From Amphiscolops sp. MND2022 (lineage: Eukaryota), in assembly GCA_964187785.1 (NCBI GenBank), contig OZ076412.1, positions 30,256,001 to 30,320,000 of the forward strand: a DNA stretch of 64,000 nt, in the 5' to 3' direction. The translations under genes were made by a program, and so were the position numbers. Shown piece by piece: positions 23,701-35,700 of the stretch (position 1 is the stretch's first letter; every line of letters begins with the position of its first letter). The notes below the pieces were generated by a model. That model saw only the letters and a list, made by a program, of their open reading frames with translations. It was not told the DNA's origin and did no database searches.

Positions 23701-26700
23701 ATTCTCAAATACACGCCACATTGCAAGTCGATGACATTGAGGCAGCCATAACATCTTCTGTGGATCTGAATGATCAAATATTCATCAATATTGACACAAT
23801 AAAACGTTTCCTTCATAATTTGAACCAAACTGCTGAATCTTCTGGCTTTAACACGGGTGCTTCCTCGCATGCCCTGAACAGTAATACAAACAGGAACAAT
23901 ACAAGATTACCAAAATTTAATCTTCCTACTTTCAGTGGCAATTACAAAACTGGACGTCTTTCATTGATCTTTTCAACAGTTCCGTTGATTCAAATTCTAC
24001 TTTCACAAATTCACAAAAGTTGCAATATTTGAAAGCTTCATTAACAGCCGATGCAGGCAAACTTTTGTCCTCTTTTACTGTAACGGATAATAATATGAAA
24101 CAGCGCTCGAAGTTTTAAAAAAACGATTTGACAACCCACGTATGATTCCACGAGCTCATGTCCAAAGCATCGACCAAAAATGCGAAACGACAATGGCAAG
24201 GACTTGCGGAACCTATTTGAAGGAAAAGAAAAACATCGTTTAAGGTTGCGAACATTAGGTCTGCCGGTGAAATATTACGATCTTTCTCGTTTTCCTTGTA
24301 ACAGAACAATTAGACTTAGAAACTCGACGACAATGGCGAAATTGCTTCACCTGGTACAAGCTTACGAACATATGATCGACTAAAAACATTCATTGAGACA
24401 AGATGCAATGCTCTTGAAGCGTCAACGCACAGTCCGAAACGATTTTACAGTGAACACGAGCATCCATCGCAACAGAAAGTCCAACAACATAATCAAAGCT
24501 ATGCAGGAACACAGTCCGCCGAAAACAGCCTTTGTTGTGGACAAGAACACAGACTTTACACTTGTCCAAAGTACAATGCATTGTTTATTGACGAGAAAAC
24601 AGACTTATAAAAGAAAAATGATTATGCTTCAATTGCCTTCGGTATGGTCATCGTCTTGAAGACTGCTCAAGTGCTAGTAAATGCAAAGAATGTAATCGTT
24701 CTCACCACGCATCGCTTCATCGACAAAAGGATTTCAAAGCTAATTCAGCTACAGAAGAGGTTCAGAAGACAGACGAAACAATTGTTACCTCTCACAGTGC
24801 CACAGGTTCCGAACAAGTAATTTTACCTGCAGCAGTAGTTCAAGTGCAGGGTAAGCACGGTGTTGTTTCCTTACGGGCTCTTCTAGATTCTGGCTCTCTG
24901 GCATCTTTCCTCACCGACGATGCTTCTCAGAAACTACAGTTACCGAAACAACGCAACTCAATTACAGGTTCCGCTTTAGGTGGTAAAACAAGTACTTGCA
25001 CTGGTATCATAGATCTTCAGATACCAAATTCTTTTGTTAACCCGTTGCGCGTTACAGCTTTTGTTCTTCCCAAATTAACACAAATTATTCCAATGCAAAT
25101 TGTTGACATCGGATTATTTGATTGAACAGACTCATCAAAGTAAATCAAGTTCAAGCGTTTCATTGCTTGGATACTTCTTCGCAGAAGTTTTGGGAACTTG
25201 AAAACGTATCGCTGGTTTCAAAACACACTGATGAACAATTATCATGCGAGCAACACTTCCTTGATACAATCACGCGATAACATTGGACCATTTTTTGTCC
25301 AATTGCCTTTCAAAGACAATGGATCAATCTTAGGTGATTCTCTACAAACCGCTCAGAGACGGTTTCTCAGGTTGGAAAAAGACAAGTTGCCAGAAGTGAA
25401 GCAACATTACACTGACTTCATAAACGAGTATTTGACACTTGGTCACATGGAAGTTGTCCCTGAAAACGAAATTGAAATCAAATCTTCTGAATCCTTCTAC
25501 TTACCCCATCACTTTGTTACCAAGGCTGACAGTACTAACACAAAATTCCGAGTCGTGTTTCATGCTTCAGCAAAAACAACTTTAAACAGTTCTTTGAATA
25601 GTAACCTAATGGTGAAGACCAAAATTTCAGTGACTTATTTGACATTCTCCTTCGACTTCGATTTCACAAGTTTGTGCTTAGTGCCGACATAGCAAAAATG
25701 TATCGCCAAGTTGCATAAACCTGACCGTGATTTCCATCGCGTTTTTTTGGCATGAAAACGACAAAGAACCCATCCAGCATTTGCGAATGACACGTGTTAC
25801 ATACGGTATTACTTCTAGCTTTCATTCTATTCGGTTATTACTTGAGTTAGCCAAAAGTGCGCCTCAATAATTCGTCGGATTATTGAAAATGACAAGTATA
25901 AAGACGATTTACTCACCAGTTGTTTCTATTTTGAAGAAGCAAAGGACTTACAAGACCAACTCATCGAAACTTTACAGACAGGCGGCTTCCCTTTACGGTT
26001 CATCCAACAGTTATGAATTGATCAAACGATTACCTGGAACTCTCCGAGAAATCAAAGATGATATAACTTTTCAAGATGAAGAATACAAAATTAAGGCTCT
26101 GGGAATTGTGTGGAGGCCTAATCTCGATTCTTTCGTTTTTACTGTTAAGCTTGCAGACAAACCCCCGACAACAAAAAGCTGTGCTTTCTGAAATACCTAG
26201 TTTATTCGATCCTCTCGGGTTTTTTCTCACCAGTACTTCTTAAATTCAAATGTTTCATTCAAAGGTTATGGAAACTCAACTTAGGTTGGGACCAATCACT
26301 GCCCCCGTCTATCTTACAGGAATGGTTGTTGCTACGACAAAGTTTGACTGCTATTCAGAACTTTTCAATTGCTCGTTGTCTTTTACCAGACCGACAAACT
26401 TCAGTACAACACGTTGAACTTCACTTGTTCTCTGATGCCTCGGAGAAAGCTTATGTGGCTGCCATTTATGCTGCTCTCCGTTGCGATGACGCAAAGAGTT
26501 GTCATCTGATAGCCTCAAAGACAAGAGTTGCACCTGTTAAATCACTTTCTTTGCCCCGACTGGAGCTATTTGCTGCAGTTCTCTGTGTGAATCTACTTGA
26601 GACAGTCCTCAGAGTTTTAGTTGTTTTCTTCGATGACAGATTGTCACTCCACTGTTGGACAGATTCAACTATTGTTTTATCGAGGTTATCAAAGCCAGCT

Positions 26701-29700
26701 AGTTCGTAGCAAACTTTTATTCGTAGCAGCATCTCTAAAATTCAATCTTTTTTATCATTCGAAAAATGGAATCATGTTGCCAGTGACGGAAACCCGGCTG
26801 ATATTTGCTCTCGTGGAGTCCCTGCAGACAATATTGCAAGCAATTCTTTGTAGTGGCACGGACCATCTTGGTTATCCGAAAAATCTTCTCGGCCACATTC
26901 TCCAATTATTCCAGCTGGTATTTTCCCAATTCAAACAGTCGAGGCTATTGTTCCAAATTGTCAAACCAGCCACCTTCAATCAACTTTAGGTTTTCTCGAT
27001 TTTGACAGATTCAATAGCTTCCGAAAAATAAATCAAGTTTTTTGTTACATTTTACGTTTTTATTATTTCTGCTTTAGCAGGAATATTATTGTAACCTCAA
27101 ACTGTCTACTTTTTTGTTCAGTACAATTCTTGTCGTGATACTGAATAATTCAAATATTTCGTTCGGCAGTGACAATAAGCGTGAGAATTAAATTCCTCAA
27201 GCTGCCAACGACAATTCAATTCTAGTGCGATGGAACGAGCGAGTGGTACTTATCCATTTGTATGCTGACGTCATTGAGATGAAGCGAGCGAATGTTCGTA
27301 ATTGTGCTTTCGTTGCCCCGAGTTATTGAGATGAAGCGAATGAGTGTTAATTATTCGTTCGTTGAGAGCTTCGCCTGCATTCAAATGCGAATGCGAAACT
27401 CCGTCTACGCTTAGTAGTTATATTTTCTTTAGTCCGAGAAGAATTAAAGGCGGTGTAAACTTGTACAGTGAATAATTGTGCGCTAAATAATGATTAAACA
27501 AGAGTGTATTGGTATTCCAGATATGATTCTATTATTAATGAAAGATTGAAGCAGAAATAATTTTGTGCCTCGGAGGGACCTATTTTGTAACAGAAAGCGC
27601 TGACTAAAAATTGCTTGATCAAAATTATCTGAAAGAGCACATACTTTTACCTGGAGTAAAAAGGGGTGCCATTAAAAGTATTCAAAAATGGAGCAAAGTA
27701 GTGATAGTAAAACTATTGTATGATTGAAATTATAAAGCTCCAAAGCATTTTTTTGCAGAAATTCATTTTGCTTCCATCAAACTTTTACGTTTCATTTATT
27801 TTTGTGAATTGCAAGATGAAAATTCCCTGTTACACAGTCAAGATATTTTACCTAAAGGTAATTTTACAAAAATCTTGCTCCGTTTCTTTATCCTGCCACT
27901 AAATTAGTCGAGTTGGTGGTCGTTTGACCCAAGGTGACTTTTCACAACTGAAGAAACATCCTGATCTGATTTCGAAGGTTCGAAAATTGTCAAAATGTTA
28001 ATTGCAGATGCCCATTCTGATACTTTACATGGTGGAGTTGACTTAGTTCTGAACACAATTAGGCAGACTTGTATCAATTCACTTGTACCGAGCCATTTCC
28101 ACTTATGGGTGATCTCCCTCTAGAAAGAGTTTCAGCAGTTCGTACTTTCAATGACATTGGAATGGATTTTACTAGACCTGTTTTTACTAAGGTTTTCTCC
28201 CACCGTAAGGAACCCTGTGAAAATTTACGTTTGTCTCTGTTTGTCTACAAAAGCATGCCATTTAGAGGTTGTTACATCTTTACATGAAGAAGCGTGTCTA
28301 GCAGCAATTGCACGGTTTTGTGCCCTTAAAGGTCGACTAACAAAAATCTTCTCTGACAATGCAACTAACTTTCTCGCCTTAAGAACAGACTTAGACACCG
28401 GATTTGCAATTGATGCTTTCAATCGACACTTGAAGCAGAACTTGTCAACAAAAGCAATCGAATGGCTATTTATACCAGAACATGCACCACACTTTGGAGA
28501 TCTTTGGGAAACATCGATCAAGTCCATGAAACATCATCTACGAAAAGTCATGAAGAAGCATATCCTACTAATTGAACATTTCACAACCTTAATTACACAA
28601 ATTGAATGCATGCTGAACTCAAGACCATTGACAGCCTTATCCACTGACCCTAATGATTTGAGTGCTATTACTCCAGGACATTACTTAATTGGCTCGCCGA
28701 TCAACCTAATTCCCGACATGAATTCCAAAAAGACAAATCGTTTAAGCAACCTCAAAGATTTTCAGCAATTGCAGACTATAAGAAACCAGTTTTGGAAGGA
28801 ATGGCATCGAAATTACATAACCTCTCTGCAAATTAGAAAAAAAATGATTGAACGATAGTAACAACTTCCACATAGTAGACCTTGTACTAGTTGCTGATGA
28901 TAATTGTCGAGTTCTTGATTGGCCTCTCGCTCGAATTACCAAACTCTTCAAAGGAAACGATACCCGCGCACGTGTAGTCGAAGTTAAAACTGCAAAATGG
29001 GTCAGCAACAGGCCCATCAGTAAGTTGAGAAAGTTACCCCTTTCAAAAATTGCCTACTCGCAGTTCAATTCATTTTATTCTGAAGCTTGCAATTTTAATC
29101 ACTTGTCAGTCAATCATTAGTTACCATTATCGCCTTCCTATTTTGTTTATTTGTTCTGAGTAACATAGCATTAAAAGCGACGTCTTCGTGATGCTCACAC
29201 TTTCATTCACTTATTTCATTACCATTCTTGGAGTTTTCTCTATAATTATCACCTTTTATTTCCCAAATCCTAATTGACTTTGTTTCAGTAACCATGTCAA
29301 TTGCTTCACCCCTCTTGTCATTTTGAAACTAGTCAATTACTGTAATTTCCGATGGTGTAAACTGGTCAATTTACGAAGCTGTGTCAACTAGTGTAACGTC
29401 CTATCAATGCGTGTAATGTGTGACAAGTGTAAAACTTCCAAAAAAATTATTCGCGCTCTGATTGGACAAAAATCGAACTAACAGGATCCTGCTAGTTCGT
29501 TACCGGGATGTGTATCGTAATGCTGTTAGTTCAAGGCGTGGGTGAATATGGTGATTCATCACTACTACAACTAAGCTACCAAAGTCATGTGAACAAAGTC
29601 TGAGATCATTGTTTTTCAGTCAATAAAACCTGAATAGTAAGTCGAAATTTGCCGGCAAATACTTAAAATTTAAAGAAGTCAAAAGCTCTCTATAAGTAAT

Positions 29701-32700
29701 ATATTTCACGTCATTTCCTTACGTCATTGTTTGTTGTTGGTTGCATTTATCCCAATCCACATTGTAGTCTTCCTGATATGTTAAATACAAACGTTCTTGC
29801 AACCGTTTCACTTTGCAAGGTAGAAGTATTGATCTTAGAAACTAATCTGAAGAAAGTGGTTTTTTAAAAGGAGCTAAAATAGAAGAATAAAGTTTGTTTC
29901 GCGGGGCGAACGCCGAATAAGCCGGGGGTCGACGCTCTTTCTGGTACGTTATTTGCAGCCCAATGGTCTAGCAACATGATATAGTGCCGATGTGTCCGCA
30001 TTCAATTCATAGGCTGCTTTTAGTCGGCGCTTTTTTTGAGGAAAAAGCCCGACTATTACAGTGGGTAGTTTTTTTTCGTCAAACTACATAGCTGACCCTG
30101 TATGTACCTCTTTTTAGTACAGACTTTAATCGGTTTAGAGGGAACCCAGCGGTCGGGAGTTCGAGTCCCTGCTTCAGCCAGAAACTTTTTCTTGCGTTTA
30201 CAAAACCGGATGAGACTGAAGGATTCCCCTTTCAATGTTTTTCGGCACTGAGACTTTCGATATTTTTTTCATGTCTGCAAAGATCCCCCTTCACTTTTTT
30301 AATAGTTTGCAACAAACTGGAGTTTCAAGAAGCCCAAAGGGTCCCCCTTTTACATTTTTCGGCAATATGAAACTGTGTCAAAATTCTCATTTTTCTGAAA
30401 TTAGGTTCTCAATAGATACCCACAAATAATTTGTTTTCAATGTCCGAAATTTCGACTTAATATCCGGAGTAAAGCGCTATATGCGAATTTTTGACGTCTT
30501 ATGCGAACTATATTGTTTTACAAGGAGGAGGGGGAGGTTCGAAAACAGGTGTTTTTTTTTAAAAAAAAACGCCCTACGCATATTTTAGAAACTATATATT
30601 TTAGCGTTTTTTGAGCCTTAGGGATAGCGCCGACTTTAGACGTTCCCGTCTTATTGTTATTTTGAACGAACACTTGGTAAAGATGCTTAAATGTTCTTGT
30701 TTTTCTGTAGGTGGCTGACAAAGAAGACGACATTCTGCACAGAGAAGGTGGATACAGTTATTGTCTGCCGCACCACTCTCATCACATTACGTCTCAGCCC
30801 CCGCTGTTCCCTTCTGCTCACACTCACGGTGCTTCTACTGACCCCAGTTCTAGGTACACGCATTTCATAAGCACCGTTTCAAAGCTAGATTGTGCCTAAA
30901 TACTGATCAAAAGCGAAATCCTTGTTTGAATTACTATCTGAAACTACTCACCAATTTACATATTTTAGTTTTCAAACTAATGGGTTGAAATTCTGGGGGC
31001 CAAAAATAAGCGAGTTTCACTGAAGAAGACGCTCGCTGAGCACCATAGTGTTTTTCCGCCCTGAACTGCTTTGGCGACATATTTTTATGACTCGAGAGTA
31101 GCCAATAAACTATAGAAAATGTTTGGTTCTTTTCGCTTCATTTCAGGCTTTTATCGAAAACATTCAGTGCTCTCTTTTTAAAAAAAAGTATGTTAAGTAG
31201 CTACTTTTTGCCGGTTAACTAGGGATTTTCCTATCCACAAAAACATGCATTAGTTGCATGAAACTATCAATAATTGAGAAAAACGGGGCATTTTTCCAAA
31301 AAGTAGAGATATCTCCATGAAGACACGAACCTCATTTTTTCACCATTAAACTTTGTGAAAGATTCTCTATCTTTGGAGTATAAAATTTGGGGATGAAATA
31401 CGGACGAAAAGTTTATTCTATGATTGTATGAAATGTTTGCGAAGATATCACCAACACCATTCAAGCTCATCTGCACAACAGCAGTCACAGTCATCCGCTT
31501 CCAACAATGTCGATTCTTGTTTCCTTTTTGACCCCAATGAAGTGGAGACTCAGCTGGAGAACCAACTGGGGGCATCCGCCTGTGGACCCACTGCGGTTGT
31601 CAATGTACTGGTGAGTATCACTGCCCTTTGTCTTATAGAAATATAACGTTTTCCATGAATTGTGCAAAATTCTAAATCGAAATGTCGTGCAGTGTTTTGA
31701 GGAAGAATTAATAATTGATGGATTCGGAGACCTCTGCGACCTGAGAATTGTTTGAAAAGCTGTAGATTGTTAGACCTTTCGAACAAACAAATGAGAGCGT
31801 TGATTTTTGTAGAAATTTCTGTTGCAATGTCTGTATACTGAGCTGCAATGAATATTTCTAATTGTGTATGTGTGTGTTTTGAAGAGGATAATGGGATACC
31901 AAGTGAAACCGTACTTTGTGGCCAGAAGAGTGGACTTCAGACAGAGAGACAACCTGGCCCCCATGCCCGAGTACCTTATGTCCAGAAGTGTGGCTGGTTC
32001 CACCCATGAAGATCTTATCAGAGGTTAGTCAAGTCATTATACTATATGAACAATACTGTGTTTGTTCGTTTCTACTGGCTCATCCGGACATTTTCAAAAG
32101 CTAAAATACTTTGTCGCAAGTCTTAGTCGCTCATATATTTACATGTTTCATAGATTTGGATTTTTCATTTCCCGCCCATATTTCGATATGAAAAAAGAAA
32201 ATTAACTTTTATTAGTTAAAAATTTGTCATGTTCAAATTTCATAGTCAAATTGAAGGACTTTACTCATAGAATTCAACTGTTATAAAAGTAGTTTTGTGT
32301 GATATGTATTTGTAGAGATTTTTGGACGTTTTTGGTCGATCTCAAAATGCATAAAAAGCCAAAAATTGATTGTGAATTGTGAATGATTTTTGCAGTTTTC
32401 AAATATATTCGTAGGTTAGATTATCCCAAAATTTTCAGGCCTATATTATCCTAAATTATCGAGTCTTGCTACGTTTTTTTCCGTTCACGTTATTTCTTGC
32501 TGCCTTTTTTTACCTTGTTTCTCAAATCAAGGCCCCAAATGAATTGAAAGGTCTAGTTTCCACGCTCTAGCCTTCAGAAAATGTAGTGGTGTGGAAATGT
32601 CGCCTTCAGAAAATTTAAAAAATCATGTCTGCAAATTTCTATAAAATTTGATTCTATACCGAGAAACTTTTATATATGATATTCTTTTTCATTTATTTTG

Positions 32701-35700
32701 CATAATTTTGGAGTTGCAGGAATATTGTTGACCCGATGTCTAAAAGTATTTCAGAACTTCGTTTTGGAATAAAATATTCGTTTATTGACTTATGTTTTAC
32801 CGGTCTATCTAGGCGAAAATACGGTGTCGAATCTGGTATGCAGCTTTTGGGAATGTACACGCAACAGTACAGTGTGTTTCGCGTTTAAGGGATAGAGAAC
32901 GTGACTCAGGGCGAAGTGAGTGGACGGTTCTTCTGTTTCCATCCTGCGAGGGAAGTATGTTTGCGTCATTGGCTCATCTACTGGATGAAGAAGGGCTGTG
33001 TGCCAGTGCTGACCTTGAACTATCAGAAGAAACACCCGGAGGCCAACCCCAACGTTGTTACCAGTGATAGTTGGCACCACCAGGTACACACAATTTCAGC
33101 TACGTTGCACAGAGAGTATTGATTGGATGTATGCATGCAATGCATAGTTGAAAGGTTGACTTCTCTCAATAATATGGTGAAATTTTGACTCAAAAGTGAG
33201 CATTTTCTCTTTTCAACATTTCTGTAGTTTTTGATGTTTTCTTAATAGCATCATCCATTTGTTAAATTCGAAGCACAACCTTAGGGCATCATGCTAAAAA
33301 TCAGTTTTTTCTATGCATCTGGTTGAACACGTTATGAGAAATTTTGATCTGCAAGGTCGCTCATTGGGATGTTTTTCCCTCATAGCAAGCTACAGGACCA
33401 TTTTTGGGGGGTTTGGGTGTTTTTCGAAGCTGTTAGGGAGATTTCATTAATATCTACATTGAGCAGGCTATCATCGGAGTGCACAACTCGACAGTGTTCC
33501 TAACCAACATGGCGGAACAGGTGCACGTGGCCAGCATCGCCTTCTACCTGAGCAGTGAGTCGAAGCTGCAAGTGCACTGGAGAGACATCTGGTGCAGGTT
33601 TGACGAGGACACCAGTCTGCAGACACTCGCCCAGCAGCCACACCAAGACCCCAGGTGGACCGACTTCAACGTCCTCGGTTGGTAATAAGCACAGGGGGGG
33701 GGGGGGGGGCTACTTTGTAAATTTCAATCACTGATCGCAAACTAACTTTCCATACATCTCTGAACTCTGGACATTAGATTAATTTCAATGCACGGCGTGG
33801 CAAATTTCATTGCAATGCATAGACTAGCGATTCCCTGGTCTATTGGTCTATTGAAAAAAGCGCAGGACAAATACCCGTTTTTAGCACGATGCGCAAAAAA
33901 TTCTCCACATCCCGGCAACAGTCCAGCATCTGACTGTAACCACGGCAAAGCAAAACCTGCCACCTGAAAACTTGTGCAAACTTTTGTTTTTGAAAAAAGT
34001 TTTAACACCGCTGATGATCTATTTAGCTGCCGCGCCATAAATTTTCGCATTGCGTTGATAATTCATTGATTTTCAAGGAGTTTAATTCATTGTATTGCTA
34101 TTGCATTTTGATGCTTAAAAATGCCGCATTGCAAACCACTATTAAAGATACAAATTGACCCATGTAACCAGGATTTTGACATCGCTAAATTTTTTGCCAA
34201 TCCCCTGATTTTGAAAGCACAAAGTTTTCTTCAATCCGTTAAATGTTTTACTTCAAGTATTTCTCAAAATTAAATGATAATTTAGACTGGAATTTTTTAT
34301 ACTGTGGGTTTAGGACTTTTAAGAATTGGAATGTTTCGAAATTCTTTCTGAAACTCTGTGTATGCTCCGAGGAATTTTTGAATTTGTACATTTTGTCAAT
34401 TGTCGCAAGTTTGAATATCTTACGAAATTACGGAAAATTTCTGCGCGGCAGCTAAATTGCTCATCACCGGTGTCAAAACTCTGCAAATGACATTCATAGT
34501 TAATGTTTCCGAAGTGATTTTATATTTTTGGAACTTCAATGAATGTATAATTTACAGTAGAAGTCCGGTATCAACCAGTGAATTGCGTTAGCGGGTCGCT
34601 AAGCGGAAGCGATGTGTAAATTTAGTGGTAGCGAATAAGCCATAATCATTAATGGTTAGCGGCCGCTTAGCGGCATTCTAAATTTAAGATGGAAAAATAA
34701 TACCCGTCAGGCAACTAATAGAATTTAATCAGAGAATTGAAGCCTTCAAGAATACTCTAAGCGTCTCATGATACTGCCACGGTTCAAAGACGTTTCTCGG
34801 TAAGCGGAATAATGTTGATTGTCCGACGAAACTGTAACACATGTTGAAAGGAAAATTGTTCTAATTAGAATGAAAGGGAAAATGTCCTATCTCTCAAATA
34901 AAGAAAGGTCTAAATTTAAGCGAAGACTTCTTTTGGCGCGTCTTGAAGAACTGCATATGAGTCACATATTCAATCTGACTTTAATTAATTAACAAAGTGA
35001 GTCAATGAGTATTTCACAAAAGTCAATAAGTCATGTCATTCACATATACGGCATTTGGCGGGAGGTTTGTTTTGAGCCAGCATATCACAAGTCCAGAACT
35101 TTTGAAAACCTGTTTACAGGGCGAGTGAAAGTACCATAAATAGTTGATATTTCACAAGATCGGACAACCCCATCTGAGCCTTCAATATTTGATTTAACTC
35201 GTCCCATTGGCCAGAGTCCACGAGGAGTGAAGTCCTCCCATAACCAAACGAGGTCTCCCACTTCTAAATTTGGTCCCCACATATCTTGGTCCATTTTGAC
35301 CTTGTTGTCAAGTCCGGCAAATATTTTCTCATGAAGCGCTCCCAAAAATTGTTCATGAGTTGTTGCAAGACTCGCCAGTTGCCATTATGATCCTGATTGA
35401 GATTTCGTGTCTTTAAAATTGCAGAAGGCGTAATGTTTGTCGGTCTTCCCAGTAAGAAATGATTTGGCGTCAAAGGTTTGTCATCACGGTGGTCGGAAGA
35501 GACCGTTGTCAGGGGTCTGTTGTTCATTATATTTTCGATCTCGATAGTCGAAGTTTCCAATGTAGGCGGCGTCAGCTGTCGTGTTCGGCAATTTTGAAGA
35601 ATGTACCTTTGAAGACTCTGATGAGCCTTTCCCAAGCTGCTCCAAAATGTGGTGCTGTTGGCGGGTTAAAAACCCAGGTTATACCCTTGTGTAAAAGTCT

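Larger units (their letters stand above)
23118..29695 (+). mobile_element. BEL/Pao LTR retrotransposon relic in intron 7, sense to the host gene
   Basis: Direct repeats 23146-23290 and 29551-29692; PBS-like TGGTGCCG at 23295 (tRNA-His type); gag RLPKFNLPTFSG and Cys/His knuckle (~24630-24720); protease LLDSGS; RT YLPHH...KFRVVF; RNase H FSDASEKAY...SKTRVAP...PRLEL; integrase; C-terminal WPLARITKL. Many frameshifts. Confidence 0.92.

Noticed and set aside
34553-34680. pogo-like MITE start TACAGTAGAAGTCCGGTATCAAC
   Set aside because: No matching inverted end found on either side of the BEL insertion.
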